A stretch of DNA of 64,000 bases, taken from an uncultured Clostridia bacterium. Its GTDB lineage: Bacteria > Bacillota > Clostridia > UMGS1883. The notes under the pieces are model-generated. The model had not been told where the DNA came from, searched no databases, and saw only the letters and a program-made list of their open reading frames with translations. Positions within the stretch are counted from its first letter, which is position 1, and each line of letters opens with the position of its first letter. The DNA is taken from the NCBI GenBank assembly GCA_947626145.1, contig CANQRB010000006.1, positions 66,089 through 130,088 of the forward strand. The letters are read 5' to 3'. A program made the position numbers and the translations under genes. Below, one piece after another: positions 26,098 to 35,206 of this stretch.

Positions 26098-28878
26098 TTA
26101 TTTTATTACCTCGGCGCAGCGCTTGCAAAGAGTGGGATGGTCGTGGTCGCAGCCAACGTCGGGAGTTATCATCCAGCAGCGCTCGCACTTCTCGCCCTGA
26201 GCGGGACTTACCTTCACGGTGATGCCTGGCTCGTTCTCGCCCTTGACGCCCTCACCCTCGCCCTCGGTGACAACCGCCTCGGAAACGATGAGCACCGTGG
26301 CAAGGTCGGGTATCTCATTAAGGAATTTATAAGGTTCGCCGGAGGCAAATATCTCCACGCTGGCGTCAAGGGATTTGCCTATCACCTTTTCCTGACGGGC
26401 CAGCTCGAGGGCCTTGCTGACGTCGCTCTTAACGGCGAGGACGCGCTCCCACTTGTCCTCAAGCTCCTTGTCCTCCCACGCGGCCTCAACCTTTGGCATG
26501 GAATTGAAGATGGCACCCTCGGGACGGTCGGCGGAACGGTGGGGCATATAGCTCCATATCTCGTCGGCGGTGAAGCAGAGGATGGGGGCGATGAGCCGCA
26601 CAATAGCGTCCAGAATAGTGAACATACAGGTCTGGGCGGCCCGGCGCTCCTTGCTGTCCTTCCTGGAGGTGTAAAGCCTGTCTTTTATAACGTCAAGATA
26701 GAAGTTGCTCATGTCCACAACGCAGAAGTTGTGGATGGTGTGGTATATCATGTGGAACTCGTAGCTGCGGTAGGCCTCCAGCACCCGTCCCACAATGTCG
26801 TTGAGGCGGGTCAGGCTCCAGCGGTCCATCTCGCACATTTCCTCAAAGGGCACGCAGTCGGTGTCGGGGTTGAAGTCATGGATATTACCCATGATGTAGC
26901 GGGCGGTGTTGCGTATCTTGCGGTAGGCCTCGCTGAGCTGCTTAAGTATCTCCTCGGAGATGCGCATATCGGTCTTGTAGTCGGCGCTTACCACCCACAG
27001 ACGGAGCACGTCGGCGCCGTACTGGTTGATTATCACCTCGGGGCTGGTGCCGTTGCCCTTGCTCTTGCTGAATTTGTCGCCGTTCTGATCGACGATCATG
27101 CCGTGGGTTATTACCATCTTGTATGGGGCCACGCCCTTGGCGGCGATGGAGGTCAGCAGCGACGACTGGAACCAGCCGCGGTACTGGTCGTTGCCCTCGA
27201 GATACAGGTCGGCGGGGAAACGGAGGCTCTTTTTGACCTCCAGCACGCCGCTGTGAGAGCTGCCGCTGTCGAACCACACGTCCATGATGTCCTTTTCCTT
27301 GGTGAACTCGGTGCAGCCGCACTCGCACTTTGTCCCGGCGGGGAGAATGTCCTTGGCGTCGGTCTCGTACCAGGCGTTGCTGCCGCCGTGCTCACGGAAG
27401 AGCTTTGCTGTGGCGGCGATGGTGTCCTCGTTGAGCAGCTCCTTGCCGCAGTCCTTACAGTAGAAGATGGGCAGAGGTACGCCCCAGGTTCTCTGACGGG
27501 AAATGCACCAGTCGCTGCGGTCCATTACCATGCCGGTGATGCGGTCCTCGCCCCACTTGGGCAGCCACTGTACGCCCTTGATGGCCTCCACGGCCTTGTC
27601 CTTGATGGCGTCCACGGAGGCGAACCACTGCTCGGTGGCCCGGAAAACGATGGGCTCGTGGCAGCGCCAGCAGTGGGGGTACTGGTGAATGATGGGCTCG
27701 ACGGCAAAGAGAGCGTTAAGCTCCTTAAGCTTTTCGAGTATTTTGGCGTTGGATTTTTCGTAGTAAAGTCCGGCGAACTCTCCGGCCAGCTCGTTGAGAT
27801 AGCCCTTGTCGTCCACGGGGACGATGATGGGGATGTCCTTATACTTCTGGCAGACTACATAGTCCTCAACGCCGTGGCCGGGAGCGGTGTGTACGCAGCC
27901 GGTACCGGCGTCCAGCGTTACGTGGTCGCCCACGATGACAAGGCTCTCACGGTCGATGAAGGGGTGCTGAACGGTCATATACTCCATTTCGCTGCCCTTG
28001 AATTTGGCGATAGTTTCATACCCGGTTATTTTTCCGGCGGTCATGGCGGAGTCCACCAGCTCCGTGGCTATGACATAAACCTCGCCGTTGGCCCTGACAA
28101 GGCTGTACTCGAAGTCGGGGTTCAGCGAAATGGCCACGTTGCCGGGCAGGGTCCAGGTGGTGGTGGTCCAGATAACGAAATAGATGTTTTCCAAAGGCTC
28201 GCCCACGTTGGCGAACAGGCCCTTGTCGTCCTTAACTCTGAACTTGACGTAGATGGAGTCGGTCTTGTCCTCCTGATACTCTATCTCCGCCTCGGCAAGG
28301 GCGGTCTCGCAGTCGGGGCACCAGTAAATGGGCTTGAGGCCCTTATAGATGTAGCCCTTTTTCGCCATCTCGCCGAAGATCTCGATCTGCTTTGCCTCGA
28401 ACTCGGGGTCGAGAGTGACGTATATGTCGTCCCAGTCGCCCAGCACGCCCAGACGCTGTATCTGCTTTTTCTGATTTTCCACATAGCTCAGGGCGAAGTC
28501 CTTACACACGTTGCGGAACTCCGTGACGTTGGTCTTGTGGCGGTCGATTCCCAGCTTCTTTATGGCCTGACGCTCGATGGGCAGGCCGTGGGTGTCCCAG
28601 CCGTGAATGTAGGGGGCCTTAAAGCCGTCCATATTCTTGAAACGGGTGATTATATCCTTCAGAGTCTTGTTGAGGGTGTGGCCCATGTGCATATCGCCGT
28701 TAGCGTAGGGCGGGCCGTCGTGAAGGATAAAGAGGGGCTTGCCCTCGTTGGCCTCCATCAGCTTGCCGTAGAGGTCCTCGTCCAGCCACTTTTTGAGAGT
28801 TTCGGGCTCCCGCTTTGGCAGACCGGCCCGCATGGGGAATTCGGTCACGGGCAGATTGAGAGTTCCAGAGTAATCCAT
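26098..28878 (-). CDS. ileS: Isoleucine--tRNA ligase
   Basis: HMGH and KMSKS (KFSKS) class I motifs, a CP1 editing domain and C-terminal zinc-binding cysteines. Start at MDYSG with AAAGGAAG RBS. Confidence 0.95.
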   Translation of the reverse strand: MDYSGTLNLPVTEFPMRAGLPKREPETLKKWLDEDLYGKLMEANEGKPLFILHDGPPYANGDMHMGHTLNKTLKDIITRFKNMDGFKAPYIHGWDTHGLPIERQAIKKLGIDRHKTNVTEFRNVCKDFALSYVENQKKQIQRLGVLGDWDDIYVTLDPEFEAKQIEIFGEMAKKGYIYKGLKPIYWCPDCETALAEAEIEYQEDKTDSIYVKFRVKDDKGLFANVGEPLENIYFVIWTTTTWTLPGNVAISLNPDFEYSLVRANGEVYVIATELVDSAMTAGKITGYETIAKFKGSEMEYMTVQHPFIDRESLVIVGDHVTLDAGTGCVHTAPGHGVEDYVVCQKYKDIPIIVPVDDKGYLNELAGEFAGLYYEKSNAKILEKLKELNALFAVEPIIHQYPHCWRCHEPIVFRATEQWFASVDAIKDKAVEAIKGVQWLPKWGEDRITGMVMDRSDWCISRQRTWGVPLPIFYCKDCGKELLNEDTIAATAKLFREHGGSNAWYETDAKDILPAGTKCECGCTEFTKEKDIMDVWFDSGSSHSGVLEVKKSLRFPADLYLEGNDQYRGWFQSSLLTSIAAKGVAPYKMVITHGMIVDQNGDKFSKSKGNGTSPEVIINQYGADVLRLWVVSADYKTDMRISEEILKQLSEAYRKIRNTARYIMGNIHDFNPDTDCVPFEEMCEMDRWSLTRLNDIVGRVLEAYRSYEFHMIYHTIHNFCVVDMSNFYLDVIKDRLYTSRKDSKERRAAQTCMFTILDAIVRLIAPILCFTADEIWSYMPHRSADRPEGAIFNSMPKVEAAWEDKELEDKWERVLAVKSDVSKALELARQEKVIGKSLDASVEIFASGEPYKFLNEIPDLATVLIVSEAVVTEGEGEGVKGENEPGITVKVSPAQGEKCERCWMITPDVGCDHDHPTLCKRCAEVIK

Positions 28879-28896
28879 TTTATATCTTCCTTTCAC

Positions 28897-29667
28897 TTAC
28901 GCATACTTTTTCAGCGTAACAAATATTCTGTCTTTTTTGCTTAGGCCGCCCATTTCCACGGCGGCCTTGCCGAAGCCCCGGACGGTTATCACGTCGCCGC
29001 CGGACACCTTACGGTCAGTCTGCTGTACGAGGGAGCCGTTGACATAGACGCGTCCTGCTTTTATCAGGTCGCAGGCGGCGGACCGGCCCTTGCCGGTCAT
29101 AAGGGCGGTAACGCTGTCCAGCCGTGGAGTGGCCACGGTGCCCCGTATTTCCTTAAATTCCCGGGGGCCAAGGTCAAGGGAGGCGGGGTCGGCGGCCTCG
29201 ATTTGAACCGCGCTGCGGCCCACCTCGCCGAGGGTGTTCATTATATAATCCGCGATGTCGGCGGCGGCGAACACCACCGCCCCCTCGGGGGAAACCACAA
29301 TGTCGCCTATCTTGTGGCGGTCAAGGCCGAGGGCCATGAGGGCGCCCAGATAGTCCCGGTGGGTCAGGGCGTCCAGCCGTTTGCCGCTTATCCTGAGGGC
29401 CGTTATGGGGAAAGTCCCTTCTCCGGCGTTAAAGCCGGGCATTTTACGCTCGGCCTCGGGATAGCCGCCGTACTCCGAGATTTCACAGTCGGGCAGGCAG
29501 CGGCTCCGCTCACGGAAAAGGGTGAGCTCGTCCATGGACAGAAAGTCGCCGAAGGCGGCTCCGTCAAATCTGGCGGCCCTCACCGCTCTGTCGTAGAGCT
29601 TGGCAAAGAGGGTCTTTTCGGGCTCCTCAAGGCCGCTGAGGAACCGGCTCTTGTCGCTTAATCCCAC
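28897..29667 (-). CDS. ylmH: YlmH-like RNA-binding protein with C-terminal S4 domain
   Basis: S4 motif near the C-terminus (DLIKAGRVYVNGSLV). Position between sepF and ileS matches the B. subtilis ylm cluster. Confidence 0.7.
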   Translation of the reverse strand: MGLSDKSRFLSGLEEPEKTLFAKLYDRAVRAARFDGAAFGDFLSMDELTLFRERSRCLPDCEISEYGGYPEAERKMPGFNAGEGTFPITALRISGKRLDALTHRDYLGALMALGLDRHKIGDIVVSPEGAVVFAAADIADYIMNTLGEVGRSAVQIEAADPASLDLGPREFKEIRGTVATPRLDSVTALMTGKGRSAACDLIKAGRVYVNGSLVQQTDRKVSGGDVITVRGFGKAAVEMGGLSKKDRIFVTLKKYA

Positions 29668-30137
29668 GGAAACAGCCTTCCGCTTTCAAGCTCGCTCTTG
29701 ACGGCGGGGGTCACGTCCACGTTGGAGGGAGTGAGCAGGAGAATACCCGTGCTGACCTTTTGAAGGGTGCCCCGGCGGGCATAGGCCGCCCCGCTGATGA
29801 AGTCGATGGTGCGGCGGGCCTGATCCCGTTCCATATCCTCGATATTGATAATAACGGGCTTGTTGTTGTTGAGATTTTCCACCACCTGACGGCAGGACTC
29901 GTCAAAGGCGTTCATCTTGAGCACAACGACCTTGAGCTGGGTCGTGGCCGCAAAGTTGACCACCTTGGGCTGATTGGCCGCGGAGCCGGCTCTGCGGCCG
30001 GAGGGGGCGGGTTGGGTCTTTTTCACCGGAGCGGGAGCGGTCTCCTCATCGGAGAAGCTCACTTCCTCGAAATCGTCCTCATCGGACGCGTCGCCGAAAA
30101 CCATGTCGGCCATACGGTTAAAGAAATTCTTTTTCAT
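29658..30137 (-). CDS. sepF: Cell division protein SepF
   Basis: Conserved C-terminal SepF domain (VVVLKMNAFDESCRQVVENLNNNKPVIINIEDM). Confidence 0.8.
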   Translation of the reverse strand: MKKNFFNRMADMVFGDASDEDDFEEVSFSDEETAPAPVKKTQPAPSGRRAGSAANQPKVVNFAATTQLKVVVLKMNAFDESCRQVVENLNNNKPVIINIEDMERDQARRTIDFISGAAYARRGTLQKVSTGILLLTPSNVDVTPAVKSELESGRLFPWD

Positions 30138-30172
30138 CTCTTTAAGCCCTTCCTTTCGTTCTGTATGTGAAT

Positions 30173-30844
30173 TTAATTGTTTTCTTTAAAAATGGCGCTG
30201 CCTATTCTCACGTGGGTGGCGCCCTCGGCCACGGCAATCTCAAAGTCGCCGCTCATACCCATGGACAGAATGTCCGCGCCGGGCACGCTTTCGAACAGCT
30301 CCCGCGCCCGTCGGAAAACAGGGCGGCAGAGCTCCTTGTCTTCGTAATTCGGGGCCATCGTCATCAGGCCGCGCAGGCGAACCGAGGGATAATCCCTTAA
30401 CTTACTTATTATATAACTAAATTCCTCATTTGTCAAACCAAATTTGCTCTCTTCGCCGGAAATATTCAATTCCAGCAAAATATCCTGCACAATGCCAAGC
30501 TTTTGCGCCTGACGGTCTATCTCCTCCAGCAAGCGGAGGCTGTCCACGGAGTGTATAAGCTCCGCCCGGCCAACGGCGTATCTGACCTTGTTGGTCTGGA
30601 GGTGGCCGATTATGTGCCAGCGGGCCCCGGGCAGCAGGTCAAACTTGGCGTTCATCTCCTGCACCCGGTTTTCCGCCAGAACAGTCAGCCCCAGCTCCAT
30701 GGCCCGGCGTATCTTTTCCGGCTCCACAAACTTGCTGACGGCAACTATTGTTATATCCTCCGGCCGGCGTCCCGCTTTGAGAGCGGCCTCCGCCACCCGG
30801 CGGCGAACCGAGGCTATATTGTTTTCGATGTAATCAAAGGCCAT
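30173..30844 (-). CDS. ylmE: PLP homeostasis protein, YggS/YlmE family
   Basis: Alanine-racemase-like N-terminal TIM barrel with conserved K in AVSKF. 223 aa. Confidence 0.85.
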   Translation of the reverse strand: MAFDYIENNIASVRRRVAEAALKAGRRPEDITIVAVSKFVEPEKIRRAMELGLTVLAENRVQEMNAKFDLLPGARWHIIGHLQTNKVRYAVGRAELIHSVDSLRLLEEIDRQAQKLGIVQDILLELNISGEESKFGLTNEEFSYIISKLRDYPSVRLRGLMTMAPNYEDKELCRPVFRRARELFESVPGADILSMGMSGDFEIAVAEGATHVRIGSAIFKENN

Positions 30845-30877
30845 GACCGTCCTCCATTCTGCCGCTTATTTTCCATG

Positions 30878-32089
30878 CTACCTTACCTCCTCCGGATTGA
30901 TGAGCACCTTGTCGTATTCCTTCAGGGGCACGTAATCCGTGGGTGCGCCGGGAGGAGAATACTTCCGCTCCACAATGTAATATTCGTCGTCCTCGGAGCG
31001 GTAGGGGTTGTTGTTCACGGCCTTGAAGCTCTTCTGCTTGTCCAGAAGGATGTATACGCCCTTCTGCCCGTTCTCGATGCGCAGGGCGGAGGACGGAATC
31101 CTCAGTCCGGTGCGGCGCTCAAGGGTGACCTGATAGTCAACACGGCGCATACCGCTGATGCCCTCCACAAACAAATCGCTGCGTATCACCATGACCCTCT
31201 TGCCGTCCTGGGCCTCGCTGAGGCTGTAAACTGTGCCGTTCACTTCGCCGGTACTGAAGGTGTCTATGTTCACCGTGACGGAGCCGTTCAGTTCCACGTC
31301 GGCGGCCTCCTCCTCGGAGATCACCGCCGTAAGGTACCAGGCAAAATTATCCGAAATTTTGCACACATCAGAGGGATCCTGCTTATAGGTGTCGATTATC
31401 TCGTCGAAGGACTCCACGTCGTCCGGGGTCAGGGAGGCGATCTTTTCGGCGCTGCCGAAGCCTTCGAGCCCGTCCACGGCGCTGCTGTAAACGCCGGAAA
31501 TGGGGGCGTAAACCGCCTTCTGCACTCCGGCGACGGCCTTTTCTATCTCATCGCGCCGAAGGTACAGCTCCTCCAGCAGCAGATCGGTCTGTTCGCTGCT
31601 CTCCAGATTGGAGGTGCGGTTCTTGAGATAGCCTATTTCCCGCTTGAGCTCGGTGGCGGCGGCGAGATCGCCCTCCCTGACCGCCTCCCGCAGGTCCGTG
31701 ACGTCTTTGGTCACGGCGTTGGCTATCCTCACCGTGTCGGACTGATATATGCCGGCAATAGTGGCGCTCTGCTCAATGTCCTCGATGCGCCGGCGCACCT
31801 CATTCAGCTCGGAGATCAGGGCGCTGTCGGGCTCGCCGGTCATTACGGTGCCAACTCTGGCGTCCCGGCTGACCCGTTCGCCCTCGTTGACAAAGGGCTC
31901 AAACACGCCGGGGACGTCGGAGCTGACCACGGTCTCATCCCTGAGAATGTAGCCCTCGCCCCTGATGCTCTTCTGAAATTCGTAATATGTCACGGTCTGG
32001 GTGCTGTAGGGGTTGGCGCAGTGGTGAACGGTGCTTATCACCGCCGCGACCAGCACGACAGCCAGAATGATTTTCAATGCCTTGCGCAA
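30878..32089 (-). CDS. Hypothetical membrane-anchored protein with coiled-coil and beta-rich C-terminus (HlyD/adaptor-like)
   Basis: N-terminal TM helix, central coiled-coil and C-terminal beta domain. Weak family assignment. Confidence 0.35.
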   Translation of the reverse strand: MRKALKIILAVVLVAAVISTVHHCANPYSTQTVTYYEFQKSIRGEGYILRDETVVSSDVPGVFEPFVNEGERVSRDARVGTVMTGEPDSALISELNEVRRRIEDIEQSATIAGIYQSDTVRIANAVTKDVTDLREAVREGDLAAATELKREIGYLKNRTSNLESSEQTDLLLEELYLRRDEIEKAVAGVQKAVYAPISGVYSSAVDGLEGFGSAEKIASLTPDDVESFDEIIDTYKQDPSDVCKISDNFAWYLTAVISEEEAADVELNGSVTVNIDTFSTGEVNGTVYSLSEAQDGKRVMVIRSDLFVEGISGMRRVDYQVTLERRTGLRIPSSALRIENGQKGVYILLDKQKSFKAVNNNPYRSEDDEYYIVERKYSPPGAPTDYVPLKEYDKVLINPEEVR

Positions 32090-32113
32090 AATTCAGTCCC
32101 TCCCGAGAGTTTA

Positions 32114-32350
32114 TCAGTCGTCCACTGCCTCGGAATTAAAGCGAACGGGCACAAAGGGACTGATGGTGGAGATGGCGTGCTTGTATATGAGCTGCTGACG
32201 GCCCTCGCTGTCCACGACCACGGTATAGTTGTCAAAGCCCTTTACCTGGCCTTTTATCTGAAATCCGTTCATAAGGTAAATGATGATGGTGGTTTTGTCG
32301 CGCCGGACGGCGTTAAGGAATACGTCCTGAAGATTTACGGGTGTTTTCAT
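32114..32350 (-). CDS. hfq: RNA chaperone Hfq
   Basis: Sm1/Sm2 motifs ([30 protein letters not shown]). 78 aa. Confidence 0.9.
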   Translation of the reverse strand: MKTPVNLQDVFLNAVRRDKTTIIIYLMNGFQIKGQVKGFDNYTVVVDSEGRQQLIYKHAISTISPFVPVRFNSEAVDD

Positions 32351-32362
32351 GTCTGTCTCTCC

Positions 32363-33289
32363 TTATCTGTTTTTGTTGTCTTTTATAATTTCCATGGCCT
32401 GTTCAAGCGGGCCCTCAGGCCCGAGCCAATGTATGCGCGGATTGCGCCGGAACCAGGTGAGCTGGCGCTTGGCGTAGCGGCGGCTGGCCTGCTTTATGGC
32501 GTCAGCCGCCCGGTCGAGAGTGACCCTGCCGTCGATATAGTCCAGCATCTCCTTATAGCCTATGGCCTGCCCCGCCGTGGGGGCCCTGTCCCGAATGGGC
32601 AGCAGCTCACGGCGAACCTCGGCCTCCAGCCCCTTTTCCAGCATTATGTCCACCCGCCGGTCGATGCGGTCATACAAAGCCTGACGCGGATGCTCTATGG
32701 CCAGCCAAAGGGGGGCGTAGGGCGAGGGACGGCGGCTTTTCTCGTTAAGGCTCTCCCTGCTTTCACCTGTGATTTTTATGAGCTCGATGGCCCGTATAAC
32801 GCGCTTCACGTTGTTGGGGTGGACGCGCTCCGCCTCGGCGGCGTCCAGCTCCCGAAGCAGGCCGTGGAGCCGCTCCTTACCCTCTTTTTCCGCAAGCTCC
32901 GTCAGCTCCCGCCGAAGCCCGGGATCTCCCTCCGGAGCGGAAAAGTCGGTATTGTTGATCAAATTGTCGATATAAAGGCCGGTGCCGCCCACAATTATGG
33001 GCAGTTTGCCCCGCCGATGCACATCGGCGACGGCCTCGGCGGCCTCGGCACAGTATCTGGCCACGCTGTAGCTTTCGGTGGGTTCGGCCACGTCCAGCAT
33101 ATGATGGGGCACGCCCCGGCGCTCGGCGGCGTCCGGCTTGGCGGTGCCGATGTCCAGCCGGCGGTAGACCTGCATGGAGTCGGCGCTGATAACCTCGCCG
33201 TTCAGCCGGAGGGCCAGCTCCACGCCCAGCCCCGTCTTTCCGCAGGCGGTGGGGCCACAGATAACTATAACAGGTATTTTATCAATCAT
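32363..33289 (-). CDS. miaA: tRNA dimethylallyltransferase
   Basis: P-loop GPTACGKT. Conserved miaA-hfq adjacency. Confidence 0.9.
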   Translation of the reverse strand: MIDKIPVIVICGPTACGKTGLGVELALRLNGEVISADSMQVYRRLDIGTAKPDAAERRGVPHHMLDVAEPTESYSVARYCAEAAEAVADVHRRGKLPIIVGGTGLYIDNLINNTDFSAPEGDPGLRRELTELAEKEGKERLHGLLRELDAAEAERVHPNNVKRVIRAIELIKITGESRESLNEKSRRPSPYAPLWLAIEHPRQALYDRIDRRVDIMLEKGLEAEVRRELLPIRDRAPTAGQAIGYKEMLDYIDGRVTLDRAADAIKQASRRYAKRQLTWFRRNPRIHWLGPEGPLEQAMEIIKDNKNR

Positions 33290-35196
33290 ACTATCCGTTT
33301 GAACATCTTCTCTATCTGATATTTCGTAATTTTCACTGAAATCGGCCGTCCATGCGGGCAGGTGGATATACCCTCCAGAGCCAGCGCCCTGCCGATGAGG
33401 ATCTCCATTTCATGAGGGCTCAAATCCTTATTCGCCTTTATGGCGGACTTGCAGGCCAGAGTATACACGGCTCTGTCACGGCGCTCCTCCAGCTCTCCCC
33501 TGCCGTCCCCCAGCAGGTCGCCGGCCAGCTCCACGAAAAGGGTATCGCCGTCGCTGCCGGAGCAGTCCGAGGGCACACTGCGGAGCATTACCGCATTGTC
33601 CCCCGCCTCGTCAAAATCAAAGCCCAAACCGTTCAGGAAGTCCCGATTGGCGGTAACTGCCTCGAACTCCTTGGGGCTGAGAGTCAGGCTGACGGGCAGC
33701 ATGAGCAGCTGTGGGGTGACCTTGCCGCCGTTCTTCTTTATGTCCTCATAGCGCACCCGCTCATGGGCGGCGTGCTGGTCGATGAGCAACAGTCCGTCCT
33801 CGCTCTCGGCAAGAATGTAGGTGGAAAAGAGCTGGCCTATGATGCGGATTTCCGGCGGCTCCGGCTCCTCAACGGTTGGGGGCTCGGCGGCCCTTGGGGC
33901 CTCGCCGATCAGCTCCGCTCGGCCTATGACCGGGGCCTTTATCTCGCCGGAGAGGAGCTTTTCACGCTGCTCCTCCCGAAGCTGCTCCACCTTTTTTTCG
34001 GGGAGCAGGGGATTCAGCTCGGTTTTAAGGGTTTTCGAGGTTGTTTCCTGTACGGTCGGCCTTGTCTCCGCCCTTGCCGGGGTAAGAGGGCTGAACTTGC
34101 TCTTCTGCACCTTCAGCTGCTTTGGCAGCTCCGGCGGGGGCGCCAGCTTGAAGGACGCGCCCTCACGTATGAAAGATGCCTGCGCCTCTCTTGCGCCCGA
34201 AACGGCGGCCAGCATATTCTTAACCGCCCAGTAGACCGCCAGATAAACGCTCTGCTCGTCGGCAAACTTTATCTCCGTCTTTGCGGGGTGTACATTCACG
34301 TCGCAGAGGGCGGGATTGATTTCAATATTCAGCACCGCCACGGGGAACCGCCCGCCCATAAGCTCGTTTTTGTAGGCCTCGGCCAGAGCCAGGGCCAGCA
34401 CACGGCTGGCCACCCATCGGCCGTTGACAAAAAAGACCTGCATCGAGCGGTTGGGCCGGGAAAGGTTGTTTTTTCCAGCCAGGCCGGTGACCTCAATTCC
34501 CCCGTTCCTGTATTTCACCGGAGCCATGTTGTTTGAAAAGTCCCTGCCCCACACGGCCCGGACCGTGTCGGTCAGGTTGCCGTTGCCGGGAGTGAAAAAA
34601 ACATCCTTGCCGTCCCGGACGAAGCGGAGCGAAACTCCCGGATGGCTCAGGGCCTGACGCTGGCAGATTTCCGCGGCCAAAGCGCCCTCGGCGCTGTCCT
34701 TTTTCAGGAATTTCATCCTCGCGGGGGTGTTGTAGAACAGATCCTCCACAATGACCGTGGTGCCGTCGGGACAGCCGGCCTCCTCGTTTATTTTCGTTTC
34801 GCCGCCCTCAACCACCATACGGCTGCCCATTTGGGCCGTCGGCGGCTTGGTAATGAGCTCGGTGCGGCTGACGGAGGCGATTGAGCACAGGGCCTCGCCC
34901 CGGAAGCCCAGAGTCGTCACGTGCTCGAGGTCGGCAATATCTTTTATCTTGCTGGTGGCGTGGCGCACAAAGGCGCGCTCCATGTCGTCGCTCAGTATGC
35001 CGCCGCCGTCGTCGGTGACGCGGATATAGGCGACGCCGCCCCGGCGTATCTCCACAACGACGGATTTCGCTCCCGCGTCGATGGAGTTCTCCACCAGCTC
35101 CTTGATGGCGTTGGCGGGCCGCTCCACCACCTCTCCGGCGGCTATCTTCTCGGCCGAGTCACGGCTGAGTATGTTTATCCTGCCCATTTGCGTCAC
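33286..35196 (-). CDS. mutL: DNA mismatch repair protein MutL
   Basis: GHKL ATPase N-terminus (ELVENSIDAGA) and a C-terminal dimerisation/endonuclease domain. Confidence 0.9.
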   Translation of the reverse strand: MTQMGRINILSRDSAEKIAAGEVVERPANAIKELVENSIDAGAKSVVVEIRRGGVAYIRVTDDGGGILSDDMERAFVRHATSKIKDIADLEHVTTLGFRGEALCSIASVSRTELITKPPTAQMGSRMVVEGGETKINEEAGCPDGTTVIVEDLFYNTPARMKFLKKDSAEGALAAEICQRQALSHPGVSLRFVRDGKDVFFTPGNGNLTDTVRAVWGRDFSNNMAPVKYRNGGIEVTGLAGKNNLSRPNRSMQVFFVNGRWVASRVLALALAEAYKNELMGGRFPVAVLNIEINPALCDVNVHPAKTEIKFADEQSVYLAVYWAVKNMLAAVSGAREAQASFIREGASFKLAPPPELPKQLKVQKSKFSPLTPARAETRPTVQETTSKTLKTELNPLLPEKKVEQLREEQREKLLSGEIKAPVIGRAELIGEAPRAAEPPTVEEPEPPEIRIIGQLFSTYILAESEDGLLLIDQHAAHERVRYEDIKKNGGKVTPQLLMLPVSLTLSPKEFEAVTANRDFLNGLGFDFDEAGDNAVMLRSVPSDCSGSDGDTLFVELAGDLLGDGRGELEERRDRAVYTLACKSAIKANKDLSPHEMEILIGRALALEGISTCPHGRPISVKITKYQIEKMFKRIV

Positions 35197-35206
35197 CTCA
35201 TTCCTC

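Noticed and set aside
28879-28896. T-box riboswitch upstream of ileS
   Set aside because: There are only about 18 nt between the ylmH stop and the ileS start, and no specifier-loop or T-box sequence is present.
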